Assembly: GCA_016934535.1 (NCBI GenBank)
Contig: JAFGSQ010000047.1
Location: 1-32,834 of the forward strand
Direction: 5' to 3'
Length of the DNA stretch: 32,834 nucleotides
Source: a candidate division WOR-3 bacterium
GTDB taxonomy: Bacteria; SDB-A
How positions within the stretch are numbered: position 1 is the stretch's first letter; every line of letters starts with the position of its first letter. This document shows, in pieces, positions 17,816 to 26,912 of the stretch. The position numbers were made by a program, and so were the translations under genes. The notes beneath the pieces were generated by a model. It saw only the letters and a list, made by a program, of their open reading frames with translations, was not told where the DNA came from and made no database searches.

Positions 17816-18634
17816 TTATTCTACGTCTAATAGTTTCAACTGGGCGTAAGTGAAAACAGGACCGTCAGTACAGCAATATTTGCTTCCTATTATGCAGTGT
17901 CCGCATTTTCCTATTCCGCATTTCATGTGCATTTCCATAGTCGTTATAATGTCTTTGGCTCTCATTTTTTTTTCGGCGAGAGTAATGTTGGTGAATTTTA
18001 TCATTATTGGAGGTCCGCAAAGATATGCTATGGTGCTGTTCGGGTTGAACTCAACGCTTTCAAAGAGCTTGGTGACGACGCCGACACTGCCTTTCCAGCT
18101 CGCGTCCGGACTGTCAACCGTCCTCAGCACTTCAACATCCGGATATTTCGCCCATCTTGCCATTTCGTCGTCGTAAACGCATTCGGCGGGACATTTGGCT
18201 CCGTAAAGGATCCATATCTTGCCGTATTTGCCGCGATTGTTGAAAACAGCATTCATCACGGATCTGAGCGGCAGTAATCCTATTCCACCCGCGACGAAAA
18301 GGATGTCTTTCCCCTCGAATTCTTCCCAGGGAAAAGAATTACCGTATGGTCCGCGGACGAAAAATTCGTCTCCCTCTTTGAGTTCGTGTAAAGCGTCCGT
18401 TAAAACACCAACTTTCCTGACGGCTAATTCGAGATCGTCTCCCCTTTCACACGTTGAAGTGATCGAGATGGGAGCTTCACCCTTTCCGAAAATCGAGACT
18501 TGAACGAATTGCCCCGGTTTCCAAACGAAAGGTTTTTCGTCTTTGAATTTCAGCGTGAAATGCTTTACGTCAAAAACAAGATTCTTTAATTTTTTAATCT
18601 CTACTGCACGCGGCAGATATTCGTTTTTATTCAT
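17816..18634 (-). CDS. FAD/NAD(P)-binding [2Fe-2S] subunit, AsrB / sulfhydrogenase gamma / FlxA family
   Basis: PGQFV, GEAPISI, RGPYGN, AGGIGL.PLRS, CGPP.M, MKCGIGKCGHC...C.DGPVF. Confidence 0.9.
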   Translation of the reverse strand: MNKNEYLPRAVEIKKLKNLVFDVKHFTLKFKDEKPFVWKPGQFVQVSIFGKGEAPISITSTCERGDDLELAVRKVGVLTDALHELKEGDEFFVRGPYGNSFPWEEFEGKDILFVAGGIGLLPLRSVMNAVFNNRGKYGKIWILYGAKCPAECVYDDEMARWAKYPDVEVLRTVDSPDASWKGSVGVVTKLFESVEFNPNSTIAYLCGPPIMIKFTNITLAEKKMRAKDIITTMEMHMKCGIGKCGHCIIGSKYCCTDGPVFTYAQLKLLDVE

Positions 18635-18646
18635 TTTACAGCTCCC

Positions 18647-19687
18647 TCATGATAGTGACAGTATGATTTCTTTGATATCGATATTGACAGGACAGGCGTC
18701 GAGGCATCTGCCGCACCCGACACAGCCGGTATCGCCGAATTTCATCTTGTCCCACAAAAGCTTACAGTAATATCGGTTCCCGGTGCGTTGTTCTTTTTTC
18801 TCCATCGGGTTATGTCCGCCTGCCATCCTGAAATATCCGCTCATCATGCAGGAATCTATTATTCTCTTTCTTATGCCTTTTCCTTCTTTCTGGCTGTCGG
18901 TAACATTGAAACAGGTACACGTCGGACAAACATAGTTGCACGCTCCGCAGGAAATGCATCTGTTCGTAATCTCGGACAAAAGCTTGTCGTCAACCGGATT
19001 GCCTGCCATTTTACCGAGAGCTTTATCTTTGTCGAGGTTTTCAGCGACAGGCAGTCCCGAAGCTTTCAATTTTTTTTCTTCCCATTTTTTCTCATAATCG
19101 GCGTCGGCTACATCAAACAATGCTTTGTCTTTAGTCACTATGACGCGCCCTTTTTCGCTTCCGATGTTTACGAAGAAATAGCCGTCTTCCATGTCGGTAA
19201 GTTGAACATCGAATCCTTTTTCAGCGAAAGGACCCGTCTTCATTGTGGCACAGAAACAACTTTCCGAAGGAGGTGTAAGGCAAGACATGCTTATCAGAGT
19301 CAGTTTGTCGCGCGCGTTTTTGTAGTAGTAATCCTCAAACTCTCTCTGTGCAAAGAAATTGTCAGTATATAGTATGCCTGCAATATCACAGCTCGGTAGT
19401 CCGAATATAACGGTTTCCTCTGAATTGTCTATGCTTTTAATCTTTGTTTCTCTCCCTTTTTTCTCGAATTCGATCATAGGTTCAATCTGACCAAAAAGAG
19501 CTTCACGCACGGAGGGCATAAGGGGTTTGTGCTCTTTCAGCAAGACTTTGCCTGTGTCTTCGACGGGAAGAAAATTTATGTCACCGAATTCGTTTTCTTG
19601 AGGCGCGAGAAGGTTGGAACTTTTTTTAAAATTTTCGAGGAGTTTAAAAATATTTGCCTCGGTAATTTTGAATTTGTCGGTCGACAT
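18647..19687 (-). CDS. 4Fe-4S dicluster subunit, AsrA / sulfhydrogenase beta / FlxB family
   Basis: FG..SCD, C......CFC, RCISCGACNYVCPTCTCF, CVGCGRCLDACPVNID; ATG shares a base with the fdh TGA. Confidence 0.9.
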   Translation of the reverse strand: MSTDKFKITEANIFKLLENFKKSSNLLAPQENEFGDINFLPVEDTGKVLLKEHKPLMPSVREALFGQIEPMIEFEKKGRETKIKSIDNSEETVIFGLPSCDIAGILYTDNFFAQREFEDYYYKNARDKLTLISMSCLTPPSESCFCATMKTGPFAEKGFDVQLTDMEDGYFFVNIGSEKGRVIVTKDKALFDVADADYEKKWEEKKLKASGLPVAENLDKDKALGKMAGNPVDDKLLSEITNRCISCGACNYVCPTCTCFNVTDSQKEGKGIRKRIIDSCMMSGYFRMAGGHNPMEKKEQRTGNRYYCKLLWDKMKFGDTGCVGCGRCLDACPVNIDIKEIILSLS

Positions 19688-21738
19688 CAGTTTCCTCCTC
19701 CGATTTTAACAGCACAAACCTTATATTCAGGAATTTTAGCCACCGGATCCAGAGCGTCTATTGTCAGTTTGTTCACCGCCTGATCGGCGAAATGGAACGG
19801 AATAAAAATATTCCCGGGTTTCATAACGTCAGTGACAACCGCTTTGACGCTTATTGTACCTCTTCTCGATGTAACTTTGATTGTGTTGCCGTTTCTTATT
19901 TTGTACTGTTTTGCATCTTCAGGATTTATCTCTACGTAGCATTCCGGCACTTCCCTTTCGAGAGTCGAACTTCTTTTAGTCAGTGTCCTGGTGTGATAGT
20001 GAAAATAAGTTCTCCCTGTCGTCAGTGTGAAAGGATATTCATCGTCGGGAAGTTCAGCCGGTTGTTTGAAATCTATCGCCGTAAAAAGCCCCTTGCCTCT
20101 GGAGAATCTGCCGTCTTTGTGCAAATATGGTGTTCCGGGATGCTCAATTGCAGGGCATGGCCACTGGAGACCAAAATTTTTACCGAGTCTGTCATAATTC
20201 ATGCCGTGGTAACTCGGAGTGACGGAAGCCATTTCGTCAAAAATCTCTTCGGGAGATTTGTAAGGCATGTCGTAACCGCAGGTTTTGGATATCTCGCAGA
20301 TTATTTCCCAGTCCTGTTTAGCTTGTCCGGGCGGATCGACGGCTTTTCTAATTCTTTGAACTCTTCTTTCGGTGTTGGAAAAAGTCCCGTCCTTTTCGGC
20401 ATAACTCGCTCCTGGCAGGACAACATCGGCAAGCTCCGCTGTTTCAGTCATAAAAATATCCTGAACGACGAGAAAGTCTAGTGCTTCGAGACCTTTTTGT
20501 ACATGACTGATGTTGGGATCTGAAACCATCGGATTTTCTCCGAGTACGTAAAGAGCTTTTATTTTACCCTCCATAGCCAGGTTGGGGACTGCTGTCACCG
20601 TCACACCGACTTTATCCGGAAGATTTTTTACATTCCATGCTTGTTCAAATTTCTCTTTGACCTTTGGATCAGTGACGGGCTGGTATCCGCTGTACACATT
20701 CGGAAGACCTCCCATGTCGCAGGCGCCCTGGACATTGTTCTGGCCGCGCAGGGGATTGACTCCCGTTGAAGGTTTCCCTATGTTGCCTGTAAGCATGGCG
20801 AGATTAGCGCACGATTTGACGTTGTCGACTCCGGTCGTGTGCTGGGTTATGCCCATGCAGTATATTATGCTGGACTTTTTACTTCGGGCAAAAGCTCTCG
20901 CCGCTTCAGCCAATTGAATAGCCGGAATACCTGAAATTTTTTCGACGTATTCAGGAGTGTATTTTTCGACGGTCTTTTTCAGTTCTTCGTATCCCTCGGT
21001 AAAATCCGCAATAAACTTACTGTCTTCAAGCCTTTCTCTGATTATGACGTTCATCATTCCGTTAATCCACGCGACGTCAGTACCATATTTGGGCGTCAGG
21101 TGGTATTTCGCATGTTTTGAAAGCTGGATGCCTCTCGGATCCACGAGAATCAACGTAGCTTTTTTATTTCTGACAGCGTTGATTATCCTCGAACCTATAA
21201 GAGGATGCTGTTCGGTCGTGTTGGAGCCTATAATCAGAAAAACGTCTCCGTCTTCGAACTCGTCTATTGAGTTCGTCATCGCCCCTGAGCCCAATGTCGC
21301 AGCGAGACCCGCTACGGTTGAAGAGTGTCAAAGACGGGCACAGTGATCTATATTGTTTGTTTTAAAGACAGCTCTCGCCATCTTCTGCATGAGATAATTC
21401 TCTTCATTTGAACATTTGGCTGAAGTGAAAAATGCCAAACTGTCCGGACCGGATTCTTCGTAATGCTTTTTGAATTTCTTCGCGGTCAGAGACAGAGCTT
21501 CCTTCCATGAAGCTTTCCTGAATTTTCCGTTTTCTTTTATCAATGGATCAGTAAGTCTATCGGGGTGCTGGACAAATTCCGAGGCGTTCCAGCCTTTAAC
21601 GCAAAGACTGCCTTTATTGACCGGATGATTCTTGCTCGGAACAACACCCGTTATCCTGCCGTCTTTGACCTTAAAGTAGAAACCGCATCCGCATCCGCAA
21701 TAGATACACGTTGTCAGTATCTGCTTTTCAGCGGACAA
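19687..21738 (-). CDS. fdhF: Selenocysteine-containing formate dehydrogenase alpha subunit (683 aa; the two ORF-track pieces are one gene)
   Basis: TTG start with AAGGAGGA RBS; CIYCGCGC...LCVKG; HCARL-TGA(21330-21328)-HSSTVAGL in frame with the downstream ORF; PLRGQNNVQGACDMG; EKDGTF.NTERR; PEYKVCAV. Confidence 0.95.
21298..21316 (-). promoter_or_regulatory. Bacterial SECIS element in fdhF
   Basis: CGUAGCG-GGUCU-CGCUGCG hairpin beginning 11 nt after the UGA, with an apical GGUCU like the E. coli fdhF SECIS. Confidence 0.85.
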
Positions 21739-21783
21739 AAAATCCTCCTTTTTTTAACATTGGACTGAATCATGAGACATTCC

Positions 21784-21812
21784 ATATTAAAATTCACCAT
21801 CACACCTGTCAA
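21784..21812 (-). promoter_or_regulatory. Putative sigma70 promoter of the fdhF operon
   Basis: Minus strand TTGACA-N17-TAATAT. Confidence 0.65.
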
Positions 21813-21863
21813 GTTTAGATTCGAAATCAAATGTTTCAAAACAACTCATAAAAGCAATTCCAG

Positions 21864-21892
21864 TTGACTTTTTTCCCCTCACGCTTGAAAAT
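21864..21892 (+). promoter_or_regulatory. Putative sigma70 promoter of the TM1266-aspA-hydF-hydG operon
   Basis: TTGACT-N17-GAAAAT. Confidence 0.45.
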
Positions 21893-21943
21893 AGCATCAA
21901 ATCTGACGGAAGGACCGGAACTGGTCTGACAAAAGGAGAAAAT

Positions 21944-22237
21944 ATGCCTCAAACAGAAAAATCCTGCAGATCTTCAAAACTTGTTAGCCGTCTCGGAGTC
22001 GTCGGTATTTTCATTTATTCCCCGGACAGCGCCAGAGAAGTAAACAATGTGCTTTCAGAGTTTTCCATGTTTATCAAGGGAAGGCTCGGTATACCTTCGG
22101 TCAACAGCAGTCCGAAAATCAACGTCATAGCAGTAGTCTTTGAAGGGACTACTGACGAGTTAGGATCTTTGACCGGAAAACTCGGAAATCTTGAAGGCGT
22201 TGAAACCAAAACTCTTTTATCAAAAAGAGAACTTTAA
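21944..22237 (+). CDS. TM1266-family iron-only hydrogenase system putative regulator (ACT/NikR-C-like)
   Basis: RLGVVGI....SA.EVN.VLS.F...I.GRLGIP......VI.VV.EG.TDELG.LTGKLG.L.GV..K; located at the head of a hydF/hydG operon. Confidence 0.85.
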   Translation: MPQTEKSCRSSKLVSRLGVVGIFIYSPDSAREVNNVLSEFSMFIKGRLGIPSVNSSPKINVIAVVFEGTTDELGSLTGKLGNLEGVETKTLLSKREL

Positions 22238-22250
22238 CCGGAGAAAAAAT

Positions 22251-23645
22251 ATGCGAAAAGAAAAAGATTTCCTCGGAGAAATTGAGCTTCCCGATGACTA
22301 CCCTTTCGGCATTCACACGCGAAGAGCGGAAATAAATTTCAGATTTTCCGACGCCAAGATGAGAGAAGACCTTTTCAGAAGCGTAATAACCGTTAAAAGT
22401 GCATGCGCAGAGGCCAACATGAAAGCGGGGCTTCTTGAAAAAAACAAAGCCAGGGCTATAATAAGCGCATGTGAACAGCTTCTTTCCGGCAATGATTCAC
22501 TGGCACCGTCAATACACCCTTTTCAGGGAGGCGCGGGAACGTCTTCAAACATGTCCGCCAATGAATTAATAGCCAACACGGCGCTTAAAATCTCCGGAAA
22601 AGAATTCGGTGATTACCGGTTCATATCACCACTCGACGATGTAAATCTTTCTCAGTCCACAAACGATGTCTATCCTACGGCTGTGAAAATTTCACTCCTC
22701 AAGTCACTGAGAAAACTACACTCGTCAATTGAAACATTCCTTGCCTCTCTTCAGAAAAAGGAAAAGGAATTTTCAGGCATACTTAAAATCGGCAGGACAG
22801 AACTGCAAGACGCAATGCCCGTTTCGCTGGGGCAGGAATTTTCAGCCTGGGCAGACGCAATTTCGAGGTTCAGATGGAGGATTAACAAAGCGATCGATTG
22901 GATAAGAGAGGTCAATATTTCGGGTACTGCGGTCGGAACCTCCATTAACGCGGACAGAAAATATTCCGTTTTTGTAATTGACGAGCTAAGAAAAATTACA
23001 GAAGAACCTCTTTCACTATCGAGAAACCTCGTGGACGGAACTCAGAACACGGATCAGATAATCGAAGTTTCGGGCATTATAAAGACGGGTGCAGTAACAG
23101 TGAAAAAATTCGCTTCGGACATCAGACTGCTTTCGAGCGGTCCTGATTGCGGATTTGCAGAACTCATATTACCCGCCATGCAGGCGGGATCTTCAATAAT
23201 GCCTGGAAAAATCAATCCGGTAATTTTCGAAGCTGCGGAACAGATATGCCTGCACGTCATTGCCTGCGATCATTCCGTTTCAACCGCAGCTTCCGAGAGC
23301 AATCTCGAACTGCCCCAGTTTCTTCCTTACATCGCTCATGTTTTACTTGAAAATATTGAAATGTTCTCAAACTGCCTCGTCAAAATTTCAGAATCAACAG
23401 AATTATTAACACCTAACAGGGAAAGAATAAAGCGCTACGTCGAAAATTCATTCGCCGTTGCCACTCTGCTCTCTCCAATTGTCGGCCACGAGAAAATGGC
23501 GGAGATAGTTTCACGTGCGAGAAAGGAAGACAGGAATATTGTGGAGATCATTCGCTCTGAAAAGATTTTGGATCCTGAAAAATTAGACAAACTTCTCAAT
23601 CCCGAAATTATGGCTTCTCCAGGAATGCCTTTTTTGGAGGAATAA
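22251..23645 (+). CDS. aspA: Aspartate ammonia-lyase (fumarase/aspartase family)
   Basis: R.EKD.LG, QGGAGTS.NM..NE, SQSTNDVYPTA, GRTELQDA.P, GSSIMPGKINPV. Confidence 0.9.
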   Translation: MRKEKDFLGEIELPDDYPFGIHTRRAEINFRFSDAKMREDLFRSVITVKSACAEANMKAGLLEKNKARAIISACEQLLSGNDSLAPSIHPFQGGAGTSSNMSANELIANTALKISGKEFGDYRFISPLDDVNLSQSTNDVYPTAVKISLLKSLRKLHSSIETFLASLQKKEKEFSGILKIGRTELQDAMPVSLGQEFSAWADAISRFRWRINKAIDWIREVNISGTAVGTSINADRKYSVFVIDELRKITEEPLSLSRNLVDGTQNTDQIIEVSGIIKTGAVTVKKFASDIRLLSSGPDCGFAELILPAMQAGSSIMPGKINPVIFEAAEQICLHVIACDHSVSTAASESNLELPQFLPYIAHVLLENIEMFSNCLVKISESTELLTPNRERIKRYVENSFAVATLLSPIVGHEKMAEIVSRARKEDRNIVEIIRSEKILDPEKLDKLLNPEIMASPGMPFLEE

Positions 23646-23646
23646 G

Positions 23647-24918
23647 ATGAAAAGCAGAACGATTAGAGGAGACAGACTCCACATCGGTATTTTCGGGAAA
23701 AGAAACGCCGGCAAATCATCTCTTATAAACGCTTTGAGCGGTCAAAATACAGCGATAGTCTCGGAAGTACCGGGTACAACAACAGATCCGGTTTTTAAAT
23801 CCATGGAACTTGCCCCACTGGGTCCGGTCGTCATGATAGACACGGCAGGAATTGACGACGCCGATGATGGTTTGGGAAAATTGCGAAAAGACAGAACTGA
23901 AAAAATCCTTGAAAAGACTGATCTCGCTGTCCTTATAATAGACGTCGAAACCGACAATTTTAATTTCGAAAATGAACTTGTCGCAGGTTTCGAAAAAGAA
24001 AACATCCCGTTCATCATCGCCCTTAATAAAACAGATTTGAATACGTCCCGCGAGACCCAGAAATGGCTTTTTGGAAAAGCTTTTGTCAGGATAGTCTCGA
24101 CCGAAGGAAAAGGAATTGAAGACCTTAAAAAAAGAATAATTCAAGTTGCGCCCTCTGAGTGGGAAAGACCGTTTGTGTCCGACCTCATTCACCCCGAAGA
24201 AATGGTACTTCTTGTCACCCCCATAGATTTAGGCGCCCCCAAGGGCAGACTGATCATGCCTCAGGTAAAAGCGCTGAGAGACATTCTCGATTCCGACGCA
24301 ATCCCGGTTATGTGCAAAGAAAGGGAATTGCCGGCAACTCTTGGCAAACTAAGGGAAAAACCGTCTCTTGTGATTACCGATTCCCAGGTTTTTCCTCAAG
24401 TTGCCGCAGACGTACCCGATGACATACTCCTTACTTCGTTCTCGATTCTTTCCATCAGGCAAAAAGGCGATTTGAATCAGATGGTAGAGGGAGTTCAGAC
24501 TGTCAAAAATCTCAAACCCGGCGACAAGGTCCTGATAGCCGAAGCCTGTTCGCACCACCCTCTTGAAGATGACATAGGCAGGATTAAAATCCCGAGATGG
24601 CTCAACGCCTACGTAGGGGGAAGTCTTGAAATATCCACCGTTCCCGGATACGAATATCCCTCGAACCTGAAAGAATACAAACTCGTCGTTCATTGCGGTG
24701 CGTGCACTCTCAACAGGAAAGAGATGCTGAAAAGGCAGGAAAAAGCCCGCGAAGCAGGTGTTCCAATAACAAACTACGGGGTTTTAATATCCTATCTCAA
24801 ATCTGTTTTTCCGAGAGCTCTGAAACCTTTTCCAGAAATATATTCTCTTTTCACAGACAAAGGAAGTCAGGCTGAAAGAAATGCAGCCAAAATAATGGCT
24901 GGGCTCACTGAAATTTGA
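23647..24918 (+). CDS. hydF: [FeFe]-hydrogenase H-cluster maturation GTPase
   Basis: GKRNAGKSS, GTTTDPV, DTAG, NKTD, APKGRLI.PQ, EACSHH...HCGAC (CxH...HCxxC). Confidence 0.95.
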   Translation: MKSRTIRGDRLHIGIFGKRNAGKSSLINALSGQNTAIVSEVPGTTTDPVFKSMELAPLGPVVMIDTAGIDDADDGLGKLRKDRTEKILEKTDLAVLIIDVETDNFNFENELVAGFEKENIPFIIALNKTDLNTSRETQKWLFGKAFVRIVSTEGKGIEDLKKRIIQVAPSEWERPFVSDLIHPEEMVLLVTPIDLGAPKGRLIMPQVKALRDILDSDAIPVMCKERELPATLGKLREKPSLVITDSQVFPQVAADVPDDILLTSFSILSIRQKGDLNQMVEGVQTVKNLKPGDKVLIAEACSHHPLEDDIGRIKIPRWLNAYVGGSLEISTVPGYEYPSNLKEYKLVVHCGACTLNRKEMLKRQEKAREAGVPITNYGVLISYLKSVFPRALKPFPEIYSLFTDKGSQAERNAAKIMAGLTEI

Positions 24919-24930
24919 AAGGAGCATGAT

Positions 24931-26313
24931 ATGGACACGGCATTCATAGATCACGCAAAAATTTTCAGCTACCTCCAAAATACAAAGGAGCCCGATTATA
25001 AAGAAGTTTCGGAGATAACTGATCACGCAAAAGAAATGAAAGGCATTTCGTACGAGGAAGCTGAAAGACTTCTTATGGTCGCCAATCAAGATTCAAGGCA
25101 GTTACTTCTCGACACGGCTAATTACATAAAGAATGAAATCTACGGAAAACGGCTCGTTCTTTTTGCTCCACTCTACGTTTCAAACCTGTGCAACAACGAA
25201 TGTCTTTACTGTGCTTTCAGAAAGAGCAACAAGGAAATTTCGAGAAAAACCCTGACTCATGACGAAATAAGAAAAGAAGTGGAAGCCCTCATCGGTCAAG
25301 GGCATAAAAGAGTCCTTCTTGTTTCCGGTGAAGGGCTCGGAGAAGACGCTCTCGACTACTCCGTCAAGGCCATAGAAACCATATATTCAATCAAAGTGGG
25401 AGACGGTGAAATCAGAAGAATAAACATAAACATAGCGCCCCTGTCAGTTGAAGGATTCAAAAAACTCAAGGCCGCAAAAATAGGAACCTACCAGCTTTTT
25501 CAGGAAACTTACCACTTCGACACTTATAAAAAAATGCACCCCAAGGGTCGCAAATCTGACTACATATTCCACCTGACAGCTATGGACAGAGCCATGGAAG
25601 CCGGAATAGACGACGTCGGAGTCGGTATTCTTTTCGGACTCTACGACTATAAATTCGAAGTGATGGCTCTGCTTCAACACATAAAACACCTCGAAGAAAA
25701 ATTCGGGGTCGGCTGTCACACAATTTCAATACCGCGTCTCGAACCGGCGACGGGATCATACATAGCGTCACATCCGCCTTACGTCCTCAGCGATGATGAC
25801 TTCATGAAAATAATCGCTATTCTGAGAATAACCGTCCCTTACACAGGAATGATTCTGAGTACCAGAGAAAACGCTGAAATGAGGAGGAAGGCGTTCAGTT
25901 TAGGTATATCACAGATAAGCGCCGGATCGAGGACAAATCCCGGAGGATACACAGATCCTTCATCTACGGGTCAGTTTTCTTTGGGTGACCACAGAAATCT
26001 GGAGGAGGTCATCACGGACATGGTCGATTACGGTTACGTGCCTTCATTCTGTACGGGATGCTACAGACTCGGAAGAACTGGAAAGGATTTTATGGATCTC
26101 GCAAAACCCGGCCTTATAAAACTATACTGCCTGCCCAACGCTCTTTCTACTTTTAAAGAATACCTCGTCAATTACGCGTCCTCGCCGCTACGCGAGAAAG
26201 GCGACAAACTAATTGAATCCATGCTGTCCGACATCCCGAAAGAAGACGTGAGGACAAAAACAAAAAACAATCTTGAGTTAATAAGCCAGGGGGCGCAGGA
26301 TCTTTACTTATAA
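24931..26313 (+). CDS. hydG: [FeFe]-hydrogenase H-cluster radical SAM maturase
   Basis: CNNECLYC, YQLFQETYH, HTIS.PR.EP, SAGSRT..GGY, C-terminal CTGC-x22-C auxiliary cluster motif that ThiH lacks. Confidence 0.93.
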   Translation: MDTAFIDHAKIFSYLQNTKEPDYKEVSEITDHAKEMKGISYEEAERLLMVANQDSRQLLLDTANYIKNEIYGKRLVLFAPLYVSNLCNNECLYCAFRKSNKEISRKTLTHDEIRKEVEALIGQGHKRVLLVSGEGLGEDALDYSVKAIETIYSIKVGDGEIRRININIAPLSVEGFKKLKAAKIGTYQLFQETYHFDTYKKMHPKGRKSDYIFHLTAMDRAMEAGIDDVGVGILFGLYDYKFEVMALLQHIKHLEEKFGVGCHTISIPRLEPATGSYIASHPPYVLSDDDFMKIIAILRITVPYTGMILSTRENAEMRRKAFSLGISQISAGSRTNPGGYTDPSSTGQFSLGDHRNLEEVITDMVDYGYVPSFCTGCYRLGRTGKDFMDLAKPGLIKLYCLPNALSTFKEYLVNYASSPLREKGDKLIESMLSDIPKEDVRTKTKNNLELISQGAQDLYL

Positions 26314-26335
26314 AGCCTAAAAATTAAGCTTTTTT
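26312..26335. terminator. Weak possible terminator between hydG and the convergent gene
   Basis: AAAGCCTAA-AAA-TTAAGCTTT imperfect hairpin followed by T-tract. Confidence 0.35.
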
Positions 26336-26344
26336 CGGGACTTT

Positions 26345-26689
26345 TCAGAGAATAACAATGTCAGCTAATGCCTTGGCTTGTTCGGCGCTTTTTTTCTTCT
26401 CCCTGCAATGTCCTTCGATGAAAACAGATACGTCAGGATTAATGTATTTTAGAACCGAGTTGCCTTCGATCAACAGATATTCGGTTTTTCCCTTTGCAGA
26501 CAAATCCGTAATAAAAGCGAGTCCTTCCATCATATCCGAAAAAAGAATTTCAGGTCTTTCGGGATTACTTTTGCCGTGACCGAATTTAACCGTTACGGCC
26601 TTATTAACAGGGAGTTTTTTGAGCAGAGCTCTCAACGCAGTCGTTTTACCTGCTCCACTACATGAGCCTGAGATTGTAATAATTTTCAT
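26345..26689 (-). CDS. Small P-loop NTPase-like protein (MobB-like)
   Basis: IITISGSCSGAGKTT Walker A; LLIEGNS Walker-B-like; 114 aa. Confidence 0.75.
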   Translation of the reverse strand: MKIITISGSCSGAGKTTALRALLKKLPVNKAVTVKFGHGKSNPERPEILFSDMMEGLAFITDLSAKGKTEYLLIEGNSVLKYINPDVSVFIEGHCREKKKSAEQAKALADIVIL

Positions 26690-26704
26690 CTTTTTTCTCG
26701 TCTA

Positions 26705-26893
26705 TTAATTAAAACAACCGAGCTGGCAGGAGACTATTTTTATCTTCAATCTATTGCAGATTCTTCCGATTTCCGAAGGTTCGATGCCCAGTTCGGATGC
26801 CACATCGAAAGCTTCCGCACACTTAAGACATTCTTTGCCTTCCGAAATGAACAGCTTTTCTCTGATTTTTTTTTCAATCTCTTCCGGTGTCAT
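26705..26893 (-). CDS. Small Cys-containing hypothetical protein (C..AF..A.....IG..CN...IKI..CQLGCF)
   Basis: AAGGAG RBS; 62 aa; HTH-like core with C-terminal CQLGCF. Confidence 0.8.
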   Translation of the reverse strand: MTPEEIEKKIREKLFISEGKECLKCAEAFDVASELGIEPSEIGRICNRLKIKIVSCQLGCFN

Positions 26894-26912
26894 AACAATC
26901 TCCTTTTTCAGA

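Noticed and set aside
17816-19687. Anaerobic sulfite reductase or NiFe sulfhydrogenase operon
   Set aside because: No AsrC siroheme subunit or NiFe subunits; the pair is coupled to fdhF.
21328-21738. 136-aa ORF as a separate gene, or fdhF as a nonsense pseudogene
   Set aside because: The TGA is at the conserved Sec/Cys ligand position, in frame with the rest of the gene, and followed by a SECIS hairpin.
21901-21935. Hammerhead ribozyme (CUGA..GA followed by a stem)
   Set aside because: The CUGANGA spacing is wrong, there is no GAAA after the stem, and flanking stems I/III are absent.
24931-26313. thiH (2-iminoacetate synthase)
   Set aside because: The C-terminal Cx2Cx22C motif and hydF adjacency indicate HydG; no thi genes are nearby.
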